A stretch of 64,000 nt of DNA from Thermoplasmata archaeon (GTDB lineage: Archaea > Thermoplasmatota > Thermoplasmata > Lutacidiplasmatales > UBA184). The translations under genes and the position numbers were made by a program. Positions within the stretch are counted from its first letter, which is position 1. Each line of letters opens with the position of its first letter. The notes beneath the pieces are model-generated. The model made no database searches and was not told the origin of the DNA. It saw only the letters and a list, made by a program, of their open reading frames with translations. This document shows, in pieces, positions 46,303-56,351 of the stretch. The stretch lies in NCBI GenBank assembly GCA_052326445.1, contig JBKQNC010000013.1, forward strand, positions 8,057 to 72,056, in the 5' to 3' direction.

Positions 46303-47246
46303 ACCGCGTCCTCCCGCCCGACCCGTTCGAGATACCGGCGGGCGAGGTCCGGCTCGGGGGCGGAGGCGGTGATGAGGGGAAGTCCGCCGCGGATCACGCG
46401 AGCCAAGAGTTCGGCTTGCTCGGTCTCGCCACCGGGGAAGTAGACCGTGGCTTGGCGGGCGCCCTCGAAGGAGATCTGCACACTTGGCCCCGCCGCCCGA
46501 GAGAGTGTCTCCAGCGTCACCTCGGCTCCAAACCGGAGCCGTAGGACCCGCGGGGCCGCCCCCGAGCGCCCGCTGCCTTCCCTATTCACGACCTCGTCGC
46601 CGACGAGGACTCCGTCTCGTAGGAAAAGGACCCGACCGCAGACCTCCTGGACGTCCTCGAGCAGGTGGGTGGAGAGCAGCATGGTGAGCCCTCGGCGGGA
46701 GAGGGTCCGCAGGAGCTCCCGGAGATCATGGCGGGCCGCGGGGTCCAGCCCGAGCGTCGGTTCGTCGAGGAGCAGTACTTCCGGGTCCCCGACGAGCGCG
46801 GCGGCGAGGAGCATGCGGCGTGCGAGGCCAGTAGACAGCGACCCGAACGGGCGAGCGAGAGTCTCCTCCACTCCCATCGCCTCGGCGGCGCGCCGTACGG
46901 CCCCCCCTCGCTCGGGGCCCGGAACGCGCTTGACCCGAGCCACGTACTCGAGAAGGTCAGTGCCTGTGAGATAGGGCGGGACCCCGGGCGTTTCCACGAG
47001 GGCTCCCAACCTACGCAGCGCTTGGTTGCGGTCCCGGGCCGGGTCGTAGCCCTGCACCCGGACGGACCCTCGCGTGGGGCGAGAGAGACCGGCAAGCAGC
47101 TTCAGGGTGGTCGTCTTTCCGGCCCCGTTCGGTCCAAGGTACCCGACAGCTTCGCCGCTCCGAAGGGTAAAGCGGACGTCCTTCAGGGCGTCGCGGTCCC
47201 CATATCGCTTCCAAACCCCGTCGACCGAAAGAACGTCGGAAGGCAC
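46299..47246 (-). CDS. ABC transporter ATP-binding protein
   Basis: GPNGAGKTT, LSTG, LLLDEPTLGLDP, STH. Confidence 0.95.
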   Translation of the reverse strand: MPSDVLSVDGVWKRYGDRDALKDVRFTLRSGEAVGYLGPNGAGKTTTLKLLAGLSRPTRGSVRVQGYDPARDRNQALRRLGALVETPGVPPYLTGTDLLEYVARVKRVPGPERGGAVRRAAEAMGVEETLARPFGSLSTGLARRMLLAAALVGDPEVLLLDEPTLGLDPAARHDLRELLRTLSRRGLTMLLSTHLLEDVQEVCGRVLFLRDGVLVGDEVVNREGSGRSGAAPRVLRLRFGAEVTLETLSRAAGPSVQISFEGARQATVYFPGGETEQAELLARVIRGGLPLITASAPEPDLARRYLERVGREDAV

Positions 47247-47301
47247 GGGAGTTCCGAGCGGGCGAGGGGAATATCATCCTCGCGGTGGAACGGGCCCGAC
47301 A

Positions 47302-47526
47302 CTAGTCAATGTAGCCGAGCGAGCGCAGCCGCTCCTTCAGCAGCCGTTCGTCCTCGGCGCTGAAGGCTCCCTCACCGTGCTGCTCCAGGAGCCGTCCCAG
47401 GACGAACGCGATGAACGCATCGGGCGATTCGAAGGAAGAGCCCCGCATTCGCTCTTCGATCGCGTGCACGATCTCCTCCGGTAGGTGGATCGTGCGGGTC
47501 GGGGCCGCGGGGTGGGAGACACTCAT
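47302..47526 (-). CDS. CopG/ribbon-helix-helix-like protein
   Basis: TIHLPEEIVHAIEER...F.S...FI.FVL, C-terminal ERLRSLGYID. Confidence 0.8.
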   Translation of the reverse strand: MSVSHPAAPTRTIHLPEEIVHAIEERMRGSSFESPDAFIAFVLGRLLEQHGEGAFSAEDERLLKERLRSLGYID

Positions 47527-47578
47527 GCGAGATTCCGAGGAACCCGGACGTCTCTTAGCCCCTTCGACCCGGCGGGGA

Positions 47579-48526
47579 TCACTCCCACTCGATGGTCGCG
47601 GGCGGCTTGTCCGTGATGTCGTAGAGGACCCGCACGACCTCTCCGTGCAGCGCCCGAGTGATGCGCTCGCTGATCCGGGACAAGACCGCTCGGGGGAGCT
47701 CCGCTGCAGTCGCGGTCATCGCGTCGATCGACTCGACGACCCGAACGCTCACGGCCTCCCCGTGCACGCGGGAGTCCCCGAGGACCCCGACCGTGCGGAC
47801 CGGGAGCAGGACGGCGAAGTACTGCCACGGCTTCGGGATCGTCCCGGCCGCGACGGCCCGTTCCACCTCCTCTTCCACGATCGCGTTCGCGACCCGCGCG
47901 CGGCGGACCCGTTCCGCGGTGACCGCGCCGTTAACCCGGACCGCGAGACCCGGGCCGGGAAAGGGTTGCCGGTCCGGCGAGGGGATGCCCAGAAAGCGAG
48001 CGACGGCGCGCACCTCGTCCTTGTAGAGGTCACGGAGCGGCTCCACCAGGCGGAGCTTGGAGTCCGCCGGCACCCCTCCCACGTTGTGGTGCGTCTTGAT
48101 CGTGTCCCGGATCGACCCCCCGCTCTCGATCCAGTCGGGGGCGATCGTTCCCTGCACGAGCCGGTCGGTCCCGAACCGGGTGGCTTCCTCCTCGAACAAT
48201 CGGATGAACGTGGTTCCGATGCGACGGCGCTTCTCCTCCGGCTCAGTGACCCCGTCGAGCGCCGCGAGGAACCGGTCCCCGGCCGAAACGAGGTCGTAGC
48301 GCAGCCCCGCCGAGCGGAACAGTTCGGCGACCGCCTCCACCTCCCCCTGGCGCAGTAAGCCGGTGTCGACGAACACCGCGTGCGCCCGCTCCCCGAGCGC
48401 CCTTTCGGCCAGGATCGCGGCGGTCGTGCTGTCGATCCCGCCGGAAGCCGCGATGATCGTCCGACCGGGAACTTCGGTTTGCAAGCGGGCGATCGCCTCG
48501 GTGACGAAGGCGGAGGGGTCCTTCAT
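47579..48526 (-). CDS. guaAB: GMP synthase, ATPase (B) subunit
   Basis: SGGIDS, VDTGLLR, PEEKRRRIG, LVQGTIAPDWIES, IKTHHNVGG, PFPGPGL, KPPATIEWE. Confidence 0.93.
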   Translation of the reverse strand: MKDPSAFVTEAIARLQTEVPGRTIIAASGGIDSTTAAILAERALGERAHAVFVDTGLLRQGEVEAVAELFRSAGLRYDLVSAGDRFLAALDGVTEPEEKRRRIGTTFIRLFEEEATRFGTDRLVQGTIAPDWIESGGSIRDTIKTHHNVGGVPADSKLRLVEPLRDLYKDEVRAVARFLGIPSPDRQPFPGPGLAVRVNGAVTAERVRRARVANAIVEEEVERAVAAGTIPKPWQYFAVLLPVRTVGVLGDSRVHGEAVSVRVVESIDAMTATAAELPRAVLSRISERITRALHGEVVRVLYDITDKPPATIEWE

Positions 48527-48984
48527 GTCGGAGGGGCTCCTTTCGGGTCCGGCTCCTCGCGCCATTTGGCCCGGTAGGCGGTGAGCTTGGGCGTGAGTTC
48601 CGGATACTTGAGCGCCAGGATCGAGACCGCGAGCAGGGCGGCGTTCTCCGCCGCGTCGAGTCCCACCGCGGCGACCGGGATCCCCGGTGGCATCTGGACG
48701 ACCGAGAGGAGGCTGTCCAGGCCGAGCCCACGGTGGAGCGGTACCCCGATCACGGGTCGCAGGGTACGCGCGGCCACGGCGCCCGGCAACGCGGCGGACA
48801 AGCCGGCCATCGCAACGAAGACGTCCACGGACGGGTCGGCGACGAGCCGGTCGACCTTGTCCGGGGTCCGGTGGGCGGAGGCGACGTGGACCTCACAGGG
48901 CACGCCGAACTCCTGGAGGCGCACACGAACCTTCTCCGCGACCTCGAGGTCCGACTTGCTCCCGACCAGCACCAGAACCTTCAC
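48523..48984 (-). CDS. purE: AIR carboxylase / N5-CAIR mutase
   Basis: GSKSD, SAHRTP, AGLSAALPG, PVIGVP, LDSLLSVVQMPPGIPVA. Confidence 0.96.
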   Translation of the reverse strand: MKVLVLVGSKSDLEVAEKVRVRLQEFGVPCEVHVASAHRTPDKVDRLVADPSVDVFVAMAGLSAALPGAVAARTLRPVIGVPLHRGLGLDSLLSVVQMPPGIPVAAVGLDAAENAALLAVSILALKYPELTPKLTAYRAKWREEPDPKGAPPT

Positions 48985-49057
48985 GGGAACGGGGTAGCGT
49001 CCCGGGAGAAAACGTTTCGGTCGTGCCCTCGGCGATCGGAGGTTCCGGAGCCCGCCG

Positions 49058-49999
49058 TCACGAGGCGGGGCGGGCTCCGGGCGGCCGCCGGACCGCCCAG
49101 CTCTGGAATCGGTCGAACGCCCGGCCGAGAGGGCGGTGGAAGACGACCGCGACCCAGCTCGGGTAGAGCCAGTAGTTCCGTTTGAAGATGAAGAACGTCC
49201 ACGGGTGCCCCACGCACCCGTTCCCGGGTGCCCCGACGATCACATGGCAGTAGACCGCGCCAGCATCGATCCAGAGGAAGGGAAGCAGGACGGCTGCGGT
49301 GACCGCCGCAGCCGCCAGAGCGCGGACGTACTCGCGTCGCGCGAGGTGGTAGGCGACCACCACGACGTTCGCGAGTTGCTTGAGCGCGAGCGCGACGACC
49401 TCGGCCAACCACCCGCCGTAGCGCGAGAGTGGGACCGCGAGCGCGACCGTGAGCGCGAGGAGGGGGACGAAGTCGTTCTGGCCGTTCGCGGCGAGGAGCG
49501 GGATCCACGGGGCGGCGAAACCGCCCGCGGCGACCGGGTCGCGACGGAGCAGGTATACGGAGCCGCCCCAGGCGACCAGGGACACCCACCGGTAGTCGAG
49601 TCCGGGGACTTGGAGGAAGGTCAGCAGCGGAAGGTAGACGTCGTACGAGAACTCGACGTGGCTGGTCCCGTACTCGAGATACGTGAATTGGACGGGATGG
49701 GTGTACAGGCCCCACCCCAGGGCGGCGTAGGCAGGCGTGCTGTACGGTTCGTCGGAGATCCCGTTCAGGACCCCCGTCACGATGGAGAAGACCGCGATCG
49801 CTGCCCCGACCCCGAAGAGGACGGGGAGAGCGAACCGGAACTCCGCGGCGATCCGACCCATCCCCGCAGCTAACGTCACCGTCAGGAGAACGATGGGGAC
49901 GATCAGGAAGGCCCCCCCGGCCAGCGTCGTGCCGACGAGGAGCGGGACGGTCGCGCCCCCCGCGAGCGCAATCAGGGCGAGAGTGGCGCGAGAACCCAT
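49058..49999 (-). CDS. Polytopic membrane protein, GT-C (GT87/PIG-M-like) glycosyltransferase candidate
   Basis: SDE in the first external loop, YDVYLP, NGQND, ALKQ; many TM helices. Confidence 0.55.
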   Translation of the reverse strand: MGSRATLALIALAGGATVPLLVGTTLAGGAFLIVPIVLLTVTLAAGMGRIAAEFRFALPVLFGVGAAIAVFSIVTGVLNGISDEPYSTPAYAALGWGLYTHPVQFTYLEYGTSHVEFSYDVYLPLLTFLQVPGLDYRWVSLVAWGGSVYLLRRDPVAAGGFAAPWIPLLAANGQNDFVPLLALTVALAVPLSRYGGWLAEVVALALKQLANVVVVAYHLARREYVRALAAAAVTAAVLLPFLWIDAGAVYCHVIVGAPGNGCVGHPWTFFIFKRNYWLYPSWVAVVFHRPLGRAFDRFQSWAVRRPPGARPAS

Positions 50000-50124
50000 T
50001 TCGGAAAGGGGTGACCGAGGGGGCGGTTACAAGGTTTTGGCGGCCGCGGGGCCGCGAGCGCGGGGTCGGCGGGCCCTGACCCGACGCGGCGAAGCGCTTA
50101 CCTTCGACACGGCCTCGCGGCGCA

Positions 50125-50778
50125 ATGCCGGCTCGCCTCCACACGGGCGGTCACTTCCGTGCCTGGCTCAGCGAGAAGCTCGGAGGGGACGCCGAGCTCG
50201 GGGACCGGGCCTGGCGACGGATCCTCCACAGTCTCGGGGTCTTCGCCCTCGCTTACTACGTCCTCCCGACCCACTTCTTTGTGATCCTCCCCAAAGAGGA
50301 CGTCCTCTTGCTCGCGCTGGTCGCGGTCCTCTTCCTGGAGGTGCTACGCCACGTCGCCGGGATCCAGCTCCCCACGATCCGACCGTACGAGGAGCACCGG
50401 GTCGCCAGCTTCGCGTTCTTCGCCCTCGCGCTCGTCGGCGTCATCCTGCTCTTCCCCGAACCGGTCGGAGCCGCCGTCATCCTCGGAACTTCCCTCGTCG
50501 ACCCGATCGCCGGGGAGTTGCGCCGGCACCATCCCTCGACCGCCGTGAGCTGGGGGGTCCCGGTTGCGGCCTACATCCCGCTCGCCCTTGTCGGAATGGT
50601 CCTCTTCGGGGGCTGGCCGCTCCTTCCCAGCGTCGGACTGGCGGCGCTGGCGGCTGTGCTCGCGGTGGCCGTGGAGCAGCCGAAGGTCATGTGGGCCGAT
50701 GACGACCTCGCCATGACGCTCGTCGCCGCGTTCGCCCTCTACGCCGTGGGCGTCCTCGTTCTCGGGCTCCCCGGATAG
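50125..50778 (+). CDS. Dolichol/phytol kinase-like membrane protein
   Basis: RRILH, IRPYE, LVDPIAG, DDDL. Confidence 0.7.
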   Translation: MPARLHTGGHFRAWLSEKLGGDAELGDRAWRRILHSLGVFALAYYVLPTHFFVILPKEDVLLLALVAVLFLEVLRHVAGIQLPTIRPYEEHRVASFAFFALALVGVILLFPEPVGAAVILGTSLVDPIAGELRRHHPSTAVSWGVPVAAYIPLALVGMVLFGGWPLLPSVGLAALAAVLAVAVEQPKVMWADDDLAMTLVAAFALYAVGVLVLGLPG

Positions 50779-50815
50779 GCCGACCCCGGGCGCGGGGCGG
50801 GTGGGCTCGGCCCCG

Positions 50816-52360
50816 TTAGACGACGGGGGTCAGGACCGCGTGCGGAGCACCCTTCTCGGGGTCGGGGCTGATCGCGTACAGGGTCGTCCGAGGCCGGATC
50901 CCGTAGATGCACGGCTGGCTGTCGATGTTGATGACCCGGAAGTACGTGTCCATCATGTTCAGGATCTCGCTCGACACGAGCAAGCCGGGCTTCAGGAGAC
51001 CGATCCCCAGGTTGCCGACGTGCTTCGCCCGCGAGACCCCCTGGAAGTACAGCCGGATCGCGACCTGGTCGCCCATCAGGCTCTCGAACGTATCGAACGC
51101 GGTGTACTCGATGAACGGTTTGCGGTCGGGTCCGCCGACGGCTTTCTCGGCCGTCACCATCGCGCGCAACGCCTCGTCCCGGCCGAAGCGGGCCATCGGG
51201 AGGATGTAGGGCTCCTCCGTCTCGTTGGCGGCGTAGTCGGGGATGCGGACGCGCGTGTCGAACTGGTTCGCGGGGATGTGTCGCACGAGGGTTTCCCGCA
51301 GCTTGTCCGGCGATTCGCCCGCCGCGAGCACGGCGATGATCCCCCGTCCCTGCGACAGGAAGTTCAGGAACGTCGGCGTGAACAGCATGTAGTAGTCGTC
51401 GATCCCCACGTTGACGTCGACCTCGAAGGCGTTGAAGCTGCCACGTCGGAAGCCTCCGCCGAGGAGCGTGTCGAAGTCGGGGATGCCGGTCGAGTAGAAC
51501 CGCTCCGGGTCGGTGATCGGCTTCCACGCCCCCGTGGGAGCGAGGCCGCTGTTGCGGTCGGTGATGCCGAGCGCTTCGAACCGACCCCCATTCAGCGTGA
51601 CCGCATAGCGGGCCCGGCCGATGTTGGTCGCGCGGAGCTTCTCGAGGCGCAGGTGGCGGACCCGCCGCTCGTCCAGCTCTTCCCGGTTGATCGAGATGAG
51701 GCCGTCAACGAGGTACTCGATGCCGCCCGCCTCGGGCTTCTCGAGGATCATGACGACGTCCGTACTGGACCCCTCGACGAGGTCCTTCTGCAGGGCCATG
51801 ACGAACTCTTCCATCTCGAGGCCGTACTTGTGGGTCACACCCTCGAGGGAATCGATGACGAGCAGCGATTTTTCCGGCAGCGCCCGCTCGATGCGCGTGT
51901 AGACGTTCTCGACCTCGGGCATGGGGCTCCGCTGGAGGAGCGCCTGCAGATGCGTCCGGTCGACGCGGGTCGGGGGACCCCGCTCCTGGCCGAAGGTCCC
52001 GAGGACCTCCTTCCCGGCGCGGATCTTCCGTTGCTCCGACTCGGGCAACGGCTTCTCGGAGGACTTGCCTCCCGCGTTGATCGTATCGAGGAACAGCTTT
52101 GCCGCGTCCAGGACGCGGGTGCGCATCTCGCTGTTCTTCAGCCAGGGGAACTGCCGGTAGAGCGCCTCATCTCCGACGCGGGTGGACAGGTAGTACGAGC
52201 GCGACGGCTTTCCGACCCGCTCGAGGAGTTCGAGCCCGAAGGTCGTCTTTCCCGTTCCGGCCCCACCCTTGACGATGAGGGACCGGCCGCCCTTCCCACT
52301 GAGGAAGGCGATGACCTCTGGAGGCACGCCCCCGACCGTGCTGCCTTCGTTTGCGCTCAT
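50816..52360 (-). CDS. GvpD-like / KaiC-RAD55 superfamily tandem ATPase
   Basis: GRSLIVKGGAGTGKTT, YLSTRV...LY.QFPW, VIDS, RHLRLEKLR; second domain STGIPDFDTLLGGG with degenerate P-loop. Confidence 0.85.
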   Translation of the reverse strand: MSANEGSTVGGVPPEVIAFLSGKGGRSLIVKGGAGTGKTTFGLELLERVGKPSRSYYLSTRVGDEALYRQFPWLKNSEMRTRVLDAAKLFLDTINAGGKSSEKPLPESEQRKIRAGKEVLGTFGQERGPPTRVDRTHLQALLQRSPMPEVENVYTRIERALPEKSLLVIDSLEGVTHKYGLEMEEFVMALQKDLVEGSSTDVVMILEKPEAGGIEYLVDGLISINREELDERRVRHLRLEKLRATNIGRARYAVTLNGGRFEALGITDRNSGLAPTGAWKPITDPERFYSTGIPDFDTLLGGGFRRGSFNAFEVDVNVGIDDYYMLFTPTFLNFLSQGRGIIAVLAAGESPDKLRETLVRHIPANQFDTRVRIPDYAANETEEPYILPMARFGRDEALRAMVTAEKAVGGPDRKPFIEYTAFDTFESLMGDQVAIRLYFQGVSRAKHVGNLGIGLLKPGLLVSSEILNMMDTYFRVINIDSQPCIYGIRPRTTLYAISPDPEKGAPHAVLTPVV

Positions 52361-52486
52361 TGATTTGTCATGGTGCACGGTCGTACCGAGGGTGACGACG
52401 CCCTAGAATCCATTCCGTGTCCCGAGGAATGGATGGGCATGAACGTAAAGTAAAGCTTTCCGTCCGAAGGAGGGCGTCGAAATCGG

Positions 52487-55051
52487 TTATCCGGCGGCCA
52501 CCCGGCGGGCTTCCGAGCGGGCTGTTTGGAGGGCGGCTTCGAGGGGGGCACCCGGTTCTCCGGACGCCGTCGCCGCCGAAGGATTGCCACCGCCCCGGCC
52601 CCCGAAGGCCCCCTTGGCCGCTTCGAGGACGGCGGCCGCGGGCACGTCAGGTGAACTGGAACCGACGAACATGAGCCCCTTCCCTTCCCGCTCGGACACG
52701 AGGACGGCCACATGACCCGCCTCCTTCGTGAGGAGCCGGGAGAGTTCCTGAAGTCCGTTGCGGTCGAGGTCGACCCGCGCGCCGACGAGAGTGACCGTCC
52801 CAACGGTCGTCGTCGCCTGGGGGTCGGCAAGGAGGCGAGTCGCCGTCTGACCGAGGTCTTCGCGCGAACGGGCCCGCGCCTGTTTGCGGGAGTCCTCGAC
52901 CTCGCCGAGGAGCCGGTCGATCCCTTCCGGCAGCTTCGTGAGGGGCACCCCGAGGCGGCGGGCCGCCTCCTTGAGCACCTCTTCGTGTTCCTCGCGGACG
53001 TCCAGTGCCCGGTCCCCGCTCACGTACGTGAGGCGGACGACCCCGTCCTGGATGCGTTCGACATCGAGCAGCGCGATCGCTCCCACCTCGCTCGTGTGGG
53101 TGCAATGGGTGCCGCCGCAGGCCTCTACGTCGAACCCCTCGACCTCGACGAGCCGGAGCTCCTTGCCGGGGACCGCGCCGCCCTGGTAGAGCGTGAATCC
53201 GAATCGGCGTTCCGCCTCGTTGCGGGACTCGAAGTAGCTCTTCACCGGCCGGTCCTCGCGGACGATCTCGTTGACGCGACGCTCGATCCGGTGCAGTTCC
53301 TCGCGCGAGAGCGCCTTGTAGTGCGTGATGTCGATGCGCGCGGACTCGGGTCCCTTGTACGCGCCGGCCTGCCAAACGTGGGGTCCCAGGACCTCCCGCA
53401 AGGCGCCGTTGAGCAGGTGGGTCGCGGTGTGGTGTTGCATCAACTGCTGGCGGCGGACCCGGTCGATCTTGCCCCGGACCCGCTCGCCCGCGTGCCATGC
53501 GGGCGGGTGGTCCAAGTGATGGAGGACCCACGGTCCGCGCCGCGCCACGTCGAGGACCTCGTGCCCGCCGAGCGTGCCCCGGTCCGACACCTGGCCGCCC
53601 CCGGTGGGGTAGAAGTACGTCCGGTCGAGGATCACGAACGCGCCGTCAACGTGCACGACATGCGCCTCGAAGTCGTCCGTGTACGGGTCGAGGTAGTAGA
53701 GTACCTCCGTCGGGGGCGTTCCGGTCGGAGGCTCGGGGAGACCTTCCGACTTCTCCGCGTAGTCGGTCGCCGGCGCCTCGGACTCGTGACGCAGGGCGAT
53801 CTGGACGTAGAAGTCCTCGGGGATCGGAGGAGGATGCTGCAGGTTCTCCACGGCGACCTCAGGAGGCACCCCGAGGGAATCGTACCATTCGAGGAGCTCG
53901 GCCGTGCCGATGCGCGTGCCGGCCGCATCCGCGCGTTCCTCGTACCGTCGGATGATGGAGCGGGCGCGCTCGATCGCCTCCGCGTACCGCTCGACCTCCG
54001 CCTGCACGACCCGGTGGAGGTCCTCCCGGTGCTGGGCGATCTCGGGGTACTGGTGCGCGAGTCCCCGGGCGACCCGGTCGAGAACGGCGGTGATCTCGGG
54101 CGCCTCCGGCGTCTTCTGGAGGATCCGGAGCATGCGGCGCAACAGGAGGCGGGCGAAGTATCCCTCCTTGCTGTTCGAGGGCACGACCCCGTCGGTGATC
54201 ATGAAGTTGAGCGCGCGCGCATGGTCGATCAGGATGGCGGTCTCCCGGGGGGGGAAGGTCCGTCGGAGCTCGTCGTAGTCGGAGCCGAACACGGCCTCGT
54301 ACGCGGTCTTGGTCCCCTGGCTCGCCCAGACGAACCGTTCGAGGCCGTACCCGGTATCGACGACCGTAAGGGGCATCGGCTTGAGCTGGTCCCCGTCGCG
54401 GAGGTACTCCATGAACACCAGGGTCGCGAGCTCGAGTCCCGCCACTCCGACGCTCAGCGAGGGGCCGAGGTTGCCCCCGCCCTCCCAGACCTCCTCCTTG
54501 TAGGTGATCGCCGCCGGGTCGGTTCCGAGCTCCACGGTCAGGAGCTCGTGGCAGAGCTCGACACATCGGTCCTTGAAGTACACCTCGTGGCCGGTTCGGT
54601 TGAAGGCGTGGTGCGCCATCATCTCGAACAGGGTCAAGTGGCGGCCGCTCCGTCCGACCTCCTCGAGGTCGATGAAGCGGAGGCAGGGCTGGCTGATCGT
54701 GAGCGGGTTCGCCGGCGGAGGGATCGCGCCGCTCGTCACCCACGGCTGGAAGTCGTAGACGGACGCCTGCGTAAAGAACACGTCGTTCCGCCACCGGGCG
54801 ACGGTCGGGTAGCGACGGATCCGGGTGTGGCCGTGCCGTTCGAAGAACGCGAGGTACGTCTCCCGCATCTCCGCGAGGTCGTACGGACGTTGGAACACGG
54901 GATGCCCGATGAACCCATACTCCCGGCAGGGAGCCTCCTGGCACCGGTCGTGCGTGCCGAGGCTCCAGAACCACGACCCGCAGACCGTACAGGGCTGGCG
55001 ACGGAAGCCGCGTTCCCGGAAAAATGCCAGTTCGTACTCGGCGGCGTCCAT
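52487..55051 (-). CDS. alaS: Alanine--tRNA ligase (archaeal type)
   Basis: N-terminal CTVC...C....C, RWRNDVFFTQASVYDFQP, FEMMAHHAFN, DTGYGLER, HHTATH, EACGGTH, GGRGGG; ATG 55051. Confidence 0.97.
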   Translation of the reverse strand: MDAAEYELAFFRERGFRRQPCTVCGSWFWSLGTHDRCQEAPCREYGFIGHPVFQRPYDLAEMRETYLAFFERHGHTRIRRYPTVARWRNDVFFTQASVYDFQPWVTSGAIPPPANPLTISQPCLRFIDLEEVGRSGRHLTLFEMMAHHAFNRTGHEVYFKDRCVELCHELLTVELGTDPAAITYKEEVWEGGGNLGPSLSVGVAGLELATLVFMEYLRDGDQLKPMPLTVVDTGYGLERFVWASQGTKTAYEAVFGSDYDELRRTFPPRETAILIDHARALNFMITDGVVPSNSKEGYFARLLLRRMLRILQKTPEAPEITAVLDRVARGLAHQYPEIAQHREDLHRVVQAEVERYAEAIERARSIIRRYEERADAAGTRIGTAELLEWYDSLGVPPEVAVENLQHPPPIPEDFYVQIALRHESEAPATDYAEKSEGLPEPPTGTPPTEVLYYLDPYTDDFEAHVVHVDGAFVILDRTYFYPTGGGQVSDRGTLGGHEVLDVARRGPWVLHHLDHPPAWHAGERVRGKIDRVRRQQLMQHHTATHLLNGALREVLGPHVWQAGAYKGPESARIDITHYKALSREELHRIERRVNEIVREDRPVKSYFESRNEAERRFGFTLYQGGAVPGKELRLVEVEGFDVEACGGTHCTHTSEVGAIALLDVERIQDGVVRLTYVSGDRALDVREEHEEVLKEAARRLGVPLTKLPEGIDRLLGEVEDSRKQARARSREDLGQTATRLLADPQATTTVGTVTLVGARVDLDRNGLQELSRLLTKEAGHVAVLVSEREGKGLMFVGSSSPDVPAAAVLEAAKGAFGGRGGGNPSAATASGEPGAPLEAALQTARSEARRVAAG

Positions 55052-55118
55052 CGACAGGGCCGCCGACGCCCCTCGGTGCTTAAACGGTTTGGTGACCGGG
55101 GGTCTCCCCGGCAGGTCC

Positions 55119-56351
55119 ATGGTCCCGGTTTCGGCCCGCGAAGCGAACCGAGCGACCGCCTTGCTGGTCGCGCTCCGGGTCGGCTACGCCTACAACTGGT
55201 TCACGGTCGGGCCGGCGCTGCCGGCGATCGGGGTCACCTTCGGGGTCGGGCCGGCGGACTGGGGCGTGCTCGTCGCGATCTTTCTCGTCGGGGCGGGACT
55301 CTTCCAGGTCCCCGCCGGATTGATGGCGCGCCGGTACGGGGCGCGGGTCGTGGCGCTCGCGGGCGTCGGACTCCTCGCTCTCGGAGCCGGTGCGAGCGCG
55401 CTCGCACCCAACTTCGCGTCGCTCCTCCTCCTCCGTCTGCTCGCCGGGGTCGGGGCCGGCCTGTTCTTCTCCCCGGCCATAGGCCTCGTGGCGAGCTTGT
55501 ACCCGGAGGGTCGTCGCGGCGTACCGGTCGGAGGGTTCAGCTCCGCCTTCAGCGCCGGGGCGGCCCTGGGCATCCTGGGAAGCTCTATGCTCGTCCCGGC
55601 GCTCGGGTGGCGGTTGGCGCTCGCCGCCGGGGGCGGGGGGCTCGCGGTCATCGCGCTCGCGGCGTGGGTGCTCATCCCCCACGCGGCCGGTCCGCCGGAT
55701 CCGGCCCCGTTGCCGGCGCGAACCCCCGTCGCCTTCCGAATGCCCGGAGTGTGGGCGATCGGGCTTGCGTTCGTCGGGTTCGAAGGGGCCACGTTCGCGA
55801 CCGGCCAGTTCGTCGTGCCGTACGGCGAGACGATCCTTGGCTGGTCCGCGTTGCTCGCCGGTGTGATCGGCATGATGTTCGTCCTGCCAAGCGTGGTCGG
55901 CGGTCCGGTCGGGGGCTCGTTCGCCGAGCGGTACCGCAACCATCGTACGCAGTTCGTGGTCGCGACCCTGGCGGGCGCGGCCGTCCTCCTCGCCTTCCCG
56001 TTCGCCGGGGTCGCGGCGGCCATCGGGATCGGCGTAGTCTTCTCGTTCTCCTACGGGTTCGTCTACGCCGTCATGTACGTCATCCCCCACTACTGGAGGG
56101 AGCTCCCTCGGGGCGAGGTCCCGCTCGCGATCGGGCTGTTCAACTCGATCCAGCTCGCAGGCGGCGCCGGGGTTTCCGCGCTGTTCGGCTGGGTGGTCGC
56201 GGTCCGGGGGTACTCCGTCGGGTGGACCTTCCTGGTCGGGGCGATCGTCCTGACGCTGGTCGCGCTGGTCGCCCTCCCCGCGACCCCGAGGGACGGGGCC
56301 CGTCCGCCGGTCGCGGAGGCGCCCGCCCTTCCTCGAGCGCTCGGCCCGTAG
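55119..56351 (+). CDS. MFS transporter
   Basis: 12-TM pattern, GLMARRYGAR motif A, RLLAGVG; ATG 55119. Confidence 0.9.
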   Translation: MVPVSAREANRATALLVALRVGYAYNWFTVGPALPAIGVTFGVGPADWGVLVAIFLVGAGLFQVPAGLMARRYGARVVALAGVGLLALGAGASALAPNFASLLLLRLLAGVGAGLFFSPAIGLVASLYPEGRRGVPVGGFSSAFSAGAALGILGSSMLVPALGWRLALAAGGGGLAVIALAAWVLIPHAAGPPDPAPLPARTPVAFRMPGVWAIGLAFVGFEGATFATGQFVVPYGETILGWSALLAGVIGMMFVLPSVVGGPVGGSFAERYRNHRTQFVVATLAGAAVLLAFPFAGVAAAIGIGVVFSFSYGFVYAVMYVIPHYWRELPRGEVPLAIGLFNSIQLAGGAGVSALFGWVVAVRGYSVGWTFLVGAIVLTLVALVALPATPRDGARPPVAEAPALPRALGP

